Assembly (NCBI GenBank): GCA_964199315.1
Contig: OZ116701.1
Coordinates: 22,382,001 to 22,446,000, forward strand
Direction of reading: 5' to 3'
From: Orbicella franksi
Lineage: Eukaryota
DNA: 64,000 nt
A model generated the notes under the pieces. The model ran no database searches, was not told the origin of the DNA, and was given only the letters and a program-made list of their open reading frames with translations. Shown in pieces: positions 1 to 10,722 of the stretch (its first letter is position 1; each line of letters begins with the position of its first letter). A program made the position numbers and the translations under genes.

Positions 1-3000
1 TCTAAGGAAGTTCAGGAAGATGTTCTATGTAGCATGATGGGTTTGGAGTGTGGGAAAGTAATGAGTGGTCTTTAATACTCTTTTATATCACTCTTATACT
101 CAACAGTGAGAGTAGTAAGTTACTACTCTTATTGTTGAGGATAAGAGTGACACTGAGAAGACTCTGACCGCTTTAGGCAACCATTTCATGCCTCACTAAC
201 ATTTGTTTTTTGAAAGAGTCAAGTTTGGATTTGCCAATCAAACTGAGCATGAAACTATTGACCAGTATGTTGTGAGATTACACCAGCTGGTGTAATCTCA
301 CAACAGCTGAATTTGAGAGTCTCTGTGAAACTTTAATTCACAAGATTCAGCACCTTGTGACAGGCTACTTAGGGAACGCCCAGTCCCTTGTTTAACAAGA
401 TGCATAGACACCCTGAGAGCCAGTGGATTGTCTAGAAAACACAAGGAGCAGCTTAAAGATGTAGTGAGTGATCCACAAACTACCATACATGCAGCAGACA
501 AACAGATTCCTGGAAACAGAAAGCAAAGTCGACACAATTGAGGACTTGAATCAAAGTGTAAACAAGACAAAAGCAAGTGCAAAGCAATGCAAGTTCTGTG
601 GCAACAATCACCCTTATGATAGAACCAAATGTCCAGCTTCTGACAAGACCTGTCTTAAGTGTGGCAGACAAGGACACTTTGCCCTTAAGTGTCAGGAGAA
701 GAATCGTGTCTCATGTGCACCAGCCAACAAAGGTACACCACACAAGTGCAATGCCAGGATATGCAGAAGGTGGCAAGTCAGCCTCTGACACTGATGAGTC
801 AGAGTGAGTATCTTTGTTGCTGAACATGTTGGAGTTGTTAGCAGTAACATGGGCAAATCCTCTTTCATGGTACCACTCACATTTTACACTGAGTACATTC
901 CTATCATCACAACTCAACTAGACACGGGGCAACACAAAGCACTATGTCTTCTACCGACCCCCTAAATATATTGCAGAGTGGGGAAGTCAAGTTGGTACCC
1001 CCTGGTGGGAAGATAAGACTTTCCGATGGACATGTGGTTGAGCCATTGGGATCTTACACCTTGAAAGTCAGCTGAACAGTGGCTCAAGATGCAACACATG
1101 CATCAAGCAAGGCTGGATATCTCTAGGATCAGACCAGTTCATTCACTCATTAAACAGTAAGAATTACAAACCCCTCTCATTTGACAAAGTTATGAGAGAT
1201 TTTGAAGACATGTTCACTGGTCTGGGTTACCTTCCGGGGAAGGATCACAAAGAGATTGATCCAGACATGAGACCAGTTCAGCATACTCCCCAGCGTGTCA
1301 CAGTACCACTCAAAGCAAAGCATAAGGAAAAGATTGATGAGATGGAAAAGCAAGGGATCATCATCCAAGAAATCAAGCTGACCGACTGGATAAGCAGCTT
1401 GGTAGCAGTGCAGAAACCCGGAAAGTTAAAAGTCTGCATAGACCCTTGAGATTAAAATCAAGCTATCAAGAGGCCAAAGTACCAAATGTCTACAGTCCAT
1501 GAAGTTTTGCAAAGCTAACCAAAGCTTAAGTATTTACTGTCTTGGATGCAAAGGATGGCTTTTACCAAGTAAAGCTAGACAAAGAAAGCTCCTTGCTTAC
1601 AACATTGTGGACCCCATTTGGTAGGTATCCGTATTTACAAATGCCACAAGGTATCAGCAGCGCACCCAAAAACTATCAGCATTGTCAGGACAAAGCACTT
1701 GCAGGTCTTAATGGTGTAGAAGTAATTGCAGACAACATTCTGTGTTGCAGCAGTGGAGAAACTATTGAAGATACTTTAAAGGATCACAACAGCAATTTAC
1801 TGAACTTGCTGGATTGTGCTTGCAGCATGAATTTGGAGTTAAAAAAGAAGAAGTCGAGATTGAGGCTAGACCAAGTCACCTACATGGGCAATTCGTTCAC
1901 ATCTGAAGGACATAGACCAGATCCCATGAAGGTGGAGACCATTGCAAGCATGCCTCAACCAGATGACTAGAAAGCAGTTCAATGCCTTCTGGGTTTATGC
2001 CAACTTAGAAGTCTGACCCACTACTCAAATTAACAAAGAACAATGCCATGTTTGCATGGGAAAGTCAGCAAGAAGAAGCATTCCAAACCATCAAGAACAT
2101 GATCTGTTTGACAACAGTGCTCAAATGCTATGAGTAGCCAGTGAAACCACCATCCAATACAATGCATCAGAGTCTGGCCTTGCAGTCACGCTTCTTCAGA
2201 ATGGGCAGCCTGTGGCATTTGTGTCAAGGTCATTGTCAGCTGTAGAGCGCAGATATGCACGAAACAATAGAAAAAGACTGCTTGGCGATAGTTTTCGCAT
2301 GCAGCCGTTTCAATCAGTATCTGCGTGGAGGAGAATCAATGACAACGGAGACAGACCACAAGCCACTGGTGCCAATATTCCAGATCACTTCAATCTACAC
2401 CAAAACAACAGCGACAGATGCTCCTTTGATTACAGAAGTACAACCTTCATGTAAAGTACCTTTCTGGATCACAGATGTACATTGCTGACATGCTAAGCAG
2501 AGCTTACCTCCAAGTTGATCACAGCCAACACAGAAGCATCCCAGAGTATCAGCCATGAGCAATTATTGTTTCCAGAGATTGCTAACATTAATCAAGCTAC
2601 TTACATGCACTTATCAGAACGTACTCATCAGCAGATCAAACAGTACACAATCGCAGATGCCGCATTGCAAAGTCTTGTGAACATGATTAGGACAGGTTGG
2701 CCACTAACCAAAGAGGAGGTTCCAGATTGTATCTGCGAGTATTGGAACTACAAAGAAGAGTTGACAGTTCAAGGTGGAGTCAAGTGAAAGTGATTGTCCC
2801 TGCTTCTATGAGACCTTAAATGATTGCAAGAGCCCACTTCAGCCACCTTGGGCCCTATGCTTGTGTTTATCAAGCACAAGATGTGTTCAGAACTATGAAG
2901 TTTGCAATGACTTCTTAGCTAGCACACAAAAAAGAACCATTGATGACCCACAAGATTCTTCAAACTCCTTGGTCAAAGGTTGGACAAGATCTCTTCACCC

Positions 3001-3040
3001 TCGGTGATGAGAACTTTTTAGTGACTGTTGATTACTACAG

Positions 3041-3232
3041 ATGTATTTATGCTCATTGTGTTCTCTTCGTTGGTATTTTGGCTACACAATGTGTAACACA
3101 TTTAGGCGGGTTTTTCGCAGTCTTTTGTTTGTCGTATTATTTAAATACGCTTATCACGTATTCATCTTCACTTTAGGACAGTTCAGTGCCTATCAGTTGT
3201 ACTGTCGATTTAGTTAGTTTCTTACTTTCTCT
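3041..3232 (+). repeat. Split direct repeat A1 (partner A2 at 3979-4170)
   Basis: atgtatttatgctcattg...aatacgcttatcacgtattcatcttcacttt...ggacagttcagtgcctatcagtt is present at both 3041 and 3979; moderately diverged. Confidence 0.9.
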
Positions 3233-3237
3233 ATATA

Positions 3238-4429
3238 ATGCCCAAGGACGTTGAGGTTTTGGAGGATGCTAACACTGGCTCTATCGGACCTTTTGAAGAT
3301 CTTAGAGCTTATTTTGACCGAAAGTTTTCTCATCTGAAGTGCGAACTCTCAGATGATCAAGCTAAGTCTTCGTCGTCTTTAGTTAAGAAACTTAAGTCTG
3401 AAACGAACTTAACTTTCAAGTTTAGTGGCAACAAGAAACAATTTGAGTCCAACACTGAGATACGTTTCTCAGAGTCTTGCTTTCGTGCAGTTGCTAAAAT
3501 CCATTTTCGATCTTGAGTGCTTGGATAACCAAGAAGTCTCAGCATTAATTCTTAAACTTGAGAAGTCTCTCAACTCCACCTCCAAGGCCACTAAGTGGTG
3601 GTATAAACTCATTAGGATTGCTGACAAATCTGAAGCTGGCTGGGCTGCTGTTGATGAGTACAGTACTTGTCTGATGAGGTTGCTTCGGCATCTGAAGATG
3701 AAAAGAAGATCCGTTCTGCTGAGCAGAGAGCTTTGAAAAAGAAGAAAAATGCCCAGGTTGCAAAGTCCAGACAGAAATTGAGTATTTTTGCTTTGTTCTT
3801 CTTGGCTTTGCCCATTCTTTATTGTATTAAGCTGTTTTTCAGGTCGAATACTATGGGCACTGCTGTACCTATTCCTCCTTTACAATGAATTCATTGTTAT
3901 TGTATCACATTGGTGTGTTTTATGAGTGAGAGTTTAGAACATAAATAAGATATTTTCGGTACGCAGTTTAGAAAATAAATGTATTTATGCTCATTGCAAT
4001 CTCTTTGTTAGTATTTTGGTTACGCATTGCACGACGCATTTAGGCAAGTTTTTCGGAGTCTTTTGTTTGTCATATTATTTGAATACGCTTATCACGTATT
4101 CATCTTCACTTTACTTTAGGACAGTTCAGTGCCTATCAGTTCGACCGTCAATTAGTTTTTTATTTTCTCTTCTCTTACAGGTTCCTAGGCATCCATTATC
4201 GTCATCTAGTTTGGCATCGGCTTCCTCTATTTCTTCCCATAACTTCACTAATTGTCGTCCTCAACCACAGAAGAGCAGCTCCCAAAAAGCCAGGAATGAT
4301 ATCTGTTTCACCTGTGGAAAGGCTGGCCATTGGAGAGCCGAATGCACCTCATCCAACTCCTATTTCACAGCCAGATCAACGTTTAAGCAGCTCCCAGACA
4401 AAATCTCCGGCACTGCTGGGCTGCAGTAA
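3238..4429 (+). pseudogene. DIRS-type gag in two parts (3238-~3777 and 4181-4429), separated by the B1-A2 block
   Basis: N-part: KFSGNKKQF, IRIADKSEAGWAAVDEY, SDEVASASEDEKKIRSAEQRA (with frameshifts). C-part: Ser-rich linker followed by CFTCGKAGHWRAEC (CCHC knuckle). Confidence 0.8.
3841..3978 (+). repeat. Split direct repeat B1 (partner B2 at 4802-4939)
   Basis: aggtcgaatactatgggcactgctg...gcagtttagaaaataa, 138 bp in both copies, with few substitutions. Confidence 0.92.
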
Positions 4430-4800
4430 CTCCATATCGGAGCCTGATGTTGCCAGTGAAACTATTGAAGGTATTTCTGATTCTGGCCACGTTCTTGTGG
4501 ATTTTTTTTTAATTTGAAAGTGCTCTGTCTAGTATACCCATAGTTAAAGGTGGACTCAGAGCTCATTATAATTTCTGGTCTCAAACTTTAGAGACCAATA
4601 ATTTTATTCTTCCTGTCATTCAAAAGGGTTATGCTATTCCATTTATCAGTAATCACAGCTTTAGGTCCAGCGGAGCTACAGCAGCTGCAAATCTGAATGT
4701 TCCAGATTGTCTCTTTAAAGTTCATGGCAGAAGTCTGACTCAGCTAAGGATGGATATGTTTGTGATAAAGTCGATTCACGGCTCTTTGTGCCAATGAATA
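4430..4800 (+). pseudogene. Start of pol fused by a deletion to the tyrosine recombinase C-terminus
   Basis: IVKGGLRAHYNFW...ILPVIQKGYAIPF (pol start) joins at ~4653 directly to HSFRSSGATAAANLNVPDCLFKVHGR..SDSAKDGY (HxxR box and catalytic Tyr of YR). RT, RH and most of YR are missing. Confidence 0.85.
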
Positions 4801-6153
4801 TAGGTCGAATACTATGGGCACTGCTGCACCTATTCCTCCTTTACCATAAATTCATTGTTATTGTATCACATTGGTGTGTTTTATGAATGAGAGTTTAGAG
4901 CATAAATAGGATATTTTCGGTATGCAGTTTAGAAAATAATGATTTTGAGCTTGATCTCCTATCAGATACTACTGCAGAATCAGTGGTAAACACAATCACA
5001 TTTTTGCCAAGTTCTCTCACAAATGGGAATTTCAGCACACTACCAGTTCACCATTACACAGCCAAAGCAATGGAAAAGCTGAGTTGGTGGTCAAAATTGC
5101 AAAGAATCTAGTAAAGAAGGCAAAGCCAGGTAACAAAGATCTCCAGATGTCCTTGCTTGAGTCGCATAACACACCTGACAGCAATGGATTAAGCTCAGTC
5201 TAAAAAATGATGTCTCGAAGGACAAGGACCACCATTCCAACAACTGAAGCATTACTGAAGAAGAAATAACAACAACAAGCTTTATCACCACATTAAAAGT
5301 CAAACTTAAATTACAGCATAATATATTAATACAAATGGGGGTAACATTTACTCAGAATCACTAAAAAGCTAATCAAGCTGAGATACAAGCCAGAGGTTAT
5401 AGATAAGGTGTATGACAACATCAAAAGGAAGAGACAGCAGGCAAAAGCAGCACATGACAAACATGCAAAACCATTGCCCAAGCTCCAGGTAGGAGAACCA
5501 GTAAGGCTTCAACCCACAAATCCTAAAGCACCTTGGGAGAAAGGTTCATGTGTGCCAAAAGTTGGACCACGTTCCTTTCTTATTAAGACAGAGGGCAGAA
5601 ACCTGTACAGACGGAATCGCAAGTTCATTCATCAAGATCCTAGCCACAATATAATAATGCTTCATCGGACATCAGTGGCACAATTCCACAGAGTCGCACT
5701 TCACCCGACATGGGGTCACCAGCCAAGTCATTACCAGTTTCCAAGGCAGATTCTCCTGTGAAACAGGCACAAACAATGACACGGATTCATGAAAGTCCCC
5801 AGCCAAAGTCTACTGCAGTAGAAGAGATTGACTTTGCAGCCACAACAGACTGTTGTTACTTGAAGTGGTAAAACCAGTGTGCGTCCTTCCAGATTTTATG
5901 ATTTTGTGACCTAGAGACAATGAACTTTGAACTTTTAACATTTGTGAGTCTACAGCACTGAAGAAAACAAGATCTTGAACTACAAGTATTTTAAGAAGTA
6001 GAACTTTGAACATTGAGTTACTGCTAGAAAACAATTTAAAGAAAAGCATTACACCTTATCAGTGAAGAATTTTTCACGTTTAAGTCAGCTTTGTATGATT
6101 TGAATTAAACATTTTATTTGTTATTTGTTTGCTTCTCATCTTTTATTGTTACA

Positions 6154-6300
6154 GAAAAAGGAAGATGTTACATGAAGTAGTTTTTAAGAGCAGGCATAAA
6201 AGGCATGGTTTTGTTTAGTGTTGTTCATGTTACTCATCTCCTTGAATGTTGCCACCTTTCATAGTGATAAACAATATGTATCACAATTGCACTTCTAACA
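6154..6300 (+). repeat. Polypurine tract and probable 3' LTR of the Gypsy element
   Basis: GAAAAAGGAAGA (6154-6165) directly followed by TGTTACA (6166), downstream of the integrase tail. The LTR end (..TCTAACA, ~6300) is a guess because no 5' LTR is available for comparison. Confidence 0.55.
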
Positions 6301-6629
6301 ACTGATTTTTTTTCAGTGGAGACAAGTGACAGCTAGAAATATGTCTGCATTTGCAAGCTAGTGAATAAGTATCCTGAATGCAGATATGATTTTTAAATGT
6401 GGCTAAATATGATTTGGGCAAAGTTAGACTCAAACCAATGCAGTCAGCGGTTTCCCCTTTTACGGTACGTGACTTGCGGGGTGGCCCTTTGGAGATTTGC
6501 AGGGCTGTTGTCTCACATTGCATTGCACGTATTGTGCTGCCAGCTGATCGTTGCGGATCATTTGCTTGTACTTTGGCGAATCTTTGTGGATTCTCGCTCT
6601 GAGTATCGCCTGTCTTTGTCGCTTTTGAC

Positions 6630-7880
6630 GTGATGCACACTAGAAAAACGCTTAACAGCCGGTCGGCGGCTTACGATGCATTGTCTCTCGTGCCGGAGTC
6701 CGAGGAAATTCCTTCGCCACCGGTTTCAACGCCAGTGGATTCTAGCATGGCCTCAACAGCTCCATCCACTTTGCCATCATCTGTTTTATCGCCAACATCT
6801 CCCGCCTTTCTGGCCGCCGTGGCAAACGCCGTCCTGCAAGTACTTTCGGCCCAGCCAGTCCCAAGCCGTCCTAATTCTAGTTCTTCCACGAGCGTGGCCA
6901 TTTCCGGAGGCGTTTCTGCTCCGCTGGCTAATCCTAGCCAACTTGTTGCCCAAGCCTCGTCTTTTGCCGCTTCTGGCGTTGGCTTTGCATCCTCTCCACC
7001 GGCCACGACGACTCCTCTTGCTTCAGGTAGGCCAAATAATTTTGTTGTCCCTACCTTTGTGTCAACCTTCTCCGCTCCAATTCCGTCGCTCACTCTCTCG
7101 GCATCTTTTAGCACTGTCAATGCGGCTTTTCCCTCGAGTGCCATTAGCGCTACACCATTGGCTCCATTGCCTGTGTTGCATCAACAGTTCGTGGTGGGCC
7201 CTGGGTTTTCCCCCGTTCCGGAAAAGTTAGTCAGTCAGATCGTGGCTGGGAAGTTTGTTGAACTCCACGAGTTGCTGCCCTCAAACATTGTTCTCACAGA
7301 ACCTGAGCCTCAGTTGCTGTTCGATGGGCACCTTGTGTTAACGTCCCCGCCGAAGAAACCTGAGCGGCGCATCGAAGATATTTCCACATGGTTGGAGGCT
7401 TTCTGTTTACTACCTTATCATCGTGTCATACTTCCCTCATCGCTGGAAAGATCTCCTGCAGTATCAACTCCTGATACTCCGCACATATCGCCAGTTCTCC
7501 GGTCGGGTTTGGTTGTCGTACAACCGAGCGTTTAGAGAGAATGCCGCGGCCTCTAACCTGACAGATTGGTCGCAACTAAACAGCACGCTGTTCAGCTTTC
7601 ACTCGGCTGGCTGGTCCTCACGCTCTCCTCACGATTCTTTGGATGGCCAAAACGAGCCCGCAGTGCTGCTTCTTTGCAGATCATTTGCAAATCATGGAAC
7701 CCGGGTCATTGCGTAGCTCCCTCAGCGTCGTGCCATTTTGCTCACAAATGTGCCAGCTGCCATGGCCCGCACCGCGCTGGAGTTTGTCCAGCTGAGACAC
7801 TCACTAAGCCCAGCTTGTCCTCTAAGCGTTCTCCTGACTCTCTACCTCCCCGGTCCAGCAGCAAGTCCCGTCATGTGTAG
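6630..7880 (+). pseudogene. Ngaro gag-like ORF1 (frameshifted)
   Basis: Ser/Pro/Ala-rich N-terminus; VVGPGFSPVPEKLVSQIVAGKFVELHELL; IEDISTWLEAF; WLSYNRAFRENAA; C-terminal CKSWN..GHC....CHFAHKCASCHGPHRAGVC. Spread over three frames. Confidence 0.85.
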
Positions 7881-8166
7881 ACTTGCCCACCCGCCTCTTG
7901 CACTGTTTCCATTATTGAGTATTTTTGTCCCCAGTTTTTTTTTAGCCATGCCCATTAGGGATCCAGGACTAAATGGTGTACTTGTGACCGTTCTCGTGTT
8001 ATTAAAATTGATTGTTTCGTTTGTTACCTTGTCTGTCCATCTGCGTAACTCAGGGGGTTTTGGGAGGGCTATTTAGGCCTTCTTGGGGCTGTGATTTACC
8101 GGCACTTGTGTCTCCTGTTCTTTTTCCTTCCTAGTCAGACTCCCCCCAGTTTCTGCAGTCACCCCC

Positions 8167-9737
8167 TTGCAAGCAGAGCAGTTTGCCTGGGAGTTGCTAT
8201 TTCATCCCAATCAGCAGAAGGTCAATTTTGTGTTAAATGGACTGCGCCATGGGTTTCATTTGGGTTTTTCTCCCTACCAAAAGCTCAAGTCCACGAAGAA
8301 AAACAAGCCATCCGTAGCTCAACATCCCTCTGTGGTCAACCAGTATTTGGCCAACAAGGTTTCCCTAGGTAGGGTGGCAGGTCCTTTCAGTGTTCCTCCC
8401 TACCTGAATCTTCATGTTAGCAGCTTCCCAAAAAAGGCCAACCAGGGAAGTGGCGCCTCATCATGGACCTTTCCTCCCCAGGGGGGGCTAGTGTCAACGA
8501 CGGGATTGACCCGAAAGAATTCACCCTTCATTACATCACAGTCGATCAGGTGATCTGCCTAGTCTCCAAACTTGGTCTGGGGGCCCTCATGGCCAAATTT
8601 GATGTGGAGGCCGCCTACCGCAATGTGCCCGTACACCCTTCCCACCACGTCCTTCTAGGGATGAAGTGGCACGACCAATTCTACATGGACCTGGTTCTCC
8701 CCTTTGGCATTCGATCGGCTCCATTTATCTTCAACTCCATCGCAGACATGGTGGAGTGGATCCTCGTCAATTTCCACCAGATTCCAGATCTCCTCCATTA
8801 CTTGGACGACTTCATTACTGCAGGCCCCGCCCAGTCCCTCCAGTGCGCACAGAATTTGGCTACTGCCCTGGAGGTGTGTCAACGGCTTGGTCTACCGTTG
8901 CATTCTGGCAAGTGTGTGGGCCCCTCTACAGTGCTTGTTGTCTTGGGTATTAAGCTTGACTCTGTCAACCAACTGGCACGTCTCCCCCAGGAGAAGTTGT
9001 TACCACTGCAAAATCTGATCGGTTCTTGGCTTCCTCAAAAATGGTGCAACAGACATGAGCTTGAATCTCTTATTGGACACTTGCATCACAGTGCCAAGGT
9101 GGTCTGGCCGGGAAGGACATTCTTGCGCCGCATGATTGATCTGTTATGCTGCTTTCGGAGGAGAGATCACCCCATTCGTCTTAACCGAGAATTTCATCCA
9201 GATCTTCTATGGTGGCACCAGTTCTTGGAGGATTGGCACGGCGTTAGCTTCTGGCTCTTCCGAGGACTGCTGCCCGAGGCTGATGTTGAAGTGTCATCCG
9301 ATGCTGCAGGCTCGATCGGCTATGGAGTGTACATGAAGGGCCACTGGTTTGCTGGCTCCTGGGCTCCATCCCAGCAGCCACAGTCTATCACCTACAAGGA
9401 GCTCTTCCCTATAGTTCTCGCAGCTCATGTCTGGGGACATTTTTGGGTCAAAAAACATGTCCTGTTCCGCTCTGACAACGACGCGGTAGTCCACATCTTA
9501 AATACCAGAACGTCAAGAGTGCCTTGCCTAATGCGGTTGCTGCGCAGTCTGTTATTTTCCGCTGCACGTCACAGCTTCTCCTTTTCGTCTCAACATGTAC
9601 CTGGTGTTAACAATCAATTAGCTGATGCCTTATCTCGTTGCAATTGGCAGGAATTTCGGCGCTTGGCCCCAGATGCGCAGCCTCTTCCCACGGTGGTACC
9701 CCTCGAACTCCTGGCAGATTTGACATCTCCGCCTTAG
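8167..9737 (+). pseudogene. Ngaro reverse transcriptase-RNase H (one frameshift near 8430; 424-aa ORF 8463-9737)
   Basis: MAKFDVEAAYRNVPV, LPFGIRSAPFIF, HYLDDFI, KCVGPST; RNase H SDAAGSIG, ELFPI, FRSDN, NQLADALSR. Confidence 0.95.
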
Positions 9738-10722
9738 AACAGCAGTGCTACTCCTTCTTGACCCAGGGCCTTGCCCCCTCTACGCGTCGATCTTATGCAT
9801 CGGCCCAAGCTCAGTTTATCTCTTTCTGCACTCAACTTGGTAAGTTCCATTCCTTGGGTTCTCCAAGTCCTGCTGACGAATGGACGCTGTGCCTTTTCAC
9901 TACCTTCTTGGCCAAATGAATTCAGCACTCCTCCATTAAGGTCTACTTGTCCGGGGTTAGAGCACTCCACATTGAACAGGGGTTTCCAGACCCCCTTGCC
10001 AACTGTCTCCCCTTGCCAACTGTCTCCGCCTTAGGGTGGTCCGTGGTATCAAGCGCTGTCAGGGCTCCTCTTCTTCATCCCGCTTGCCTATTACTGATGA
10101 CTTGATGTTACTGATTTGGCAGTCTCTGGATCTTCGTCTCCCAGATCACCTCGTGTTCTGGGCTGCTTGCTCCCTTGTGTACTTTGGCTTTCTCCGCACC
10201 TCAGAGTTCACAGTGCCTAGTCTGGCTAGCTTCTCTTCATCACTTCATTTAGGAGTGCAAGACATTGCAGTGGATTCCTCATCTGCGCCCACGTGCATGC
10301 GCATTAAGAACAAAGGCTCAAAGACTGATCCATTTAGGAAGGGCACCTTTGTCCACATTGGCCTTGGCCGGCCCCCACTCTGCACGGTCCACTCAGTGAT
10401 GACGTATCTCGCCAGCAGAGGCGATGTTCCAGGTCCCTTGTTCCTGTTCCAGAATGGGCAGCCTCTTTCGCGTGCTTTGCTCACGGACTGGCTTCGGCAG
10501 ATCCTGGCCTCCGTGAACATTTCAGGCAACTTCTCTAGCCACAGTTTCCGCAGCGGGGCTGCCACTGTGGCAGCATGCAATGGAGTTCCTGATCACCTAA
10601 TACAAGCCTTGGGTCGCTGGTCAACCTCCGCCTATCAGCTTTACATCAGGACCCCCTCAGAGTCTTTAGCAGCCCTCTCCACTAAGCTGGCGTCTTCTCA
10701 GTGGCCATCAATCCCCCACTAG
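9734..10722 (+). pseudogene. Ngaro tyrosine recombinase (frameshifted)
   Basis: GLAPSTRRSYASAQ N-terminus; FGFLRTSEF (R), GSKTDPF (K), SHSFRSGAAT (HxxR), LGRWSTSAYQLY (W, Y). A tandem 17-bp duplication (ccttgccaactgtctcc x2, ~9994-10027) and another indel break the frame. Confidence 0.93.

Larger units (their letters stand above)
3041..4939 (+). mobile_element. Internally deleted tyrosine-recombinase (DIRS/PAT-like) retroelement with split direct repeats A1-B1-A2-B2 and no TSD
   Basis: Removing 3041-4939 restores the Gypsy integrase frame exactly (tac tac ag|t gat ttt gag = Y Y S D F E). Joining the element's ends (gaaaataa+atgtattt) reproduces the internal junction at 3971-3986. It contains DIRS-type gag, the start of pol and a YR C-terminus. 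Confidence 0.9.
840..5700 (+). pseudogene. Gypsy pol (PR-RT-RH-IN), multiply disrupted
   Basis: ORF fragments 1192-1449, 1542-1970, 2255-2488, 2515-2787, 2940-3040 and 5408-5761 carry recognisable pol motifs in shifting frames with in-frame stops. Confidence 0.9.
1..6300 (+). mobile_element. Degenerate Ty3/Gypsy LTR retrotransposon (5' end outside the window), interrupted by a YR retroelement at 3041-4939
   Basis: Domain order gag-PR-RT-RH-IN across many stops and frameshifts. Gag zinc knuckles CKFCGNNH...C and CLKCGRQGHFALKC (~590-690); protease LDTG (~917-930); RT (LDAKDGFYQVKLD, TPFGRY, MPQGI, IADNIL; 1192-1970); RNase H (NGQPVAFVSRSLS, IEKDCLAIVFAC, ETDHKPL); integrase (PWSKVGQDLF...VTVDYY|SDFELDLL) and GPY/F-like tail (5408-5640). 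Confidence 0.93.

Noticed and set aside
6671-7230. 157-aa minus-strand and 184-aa alternative-frame ORFs
   Set aside because: Shadow ORFs of the GC-rich, low-complexity Ngaro gag; no motifs.
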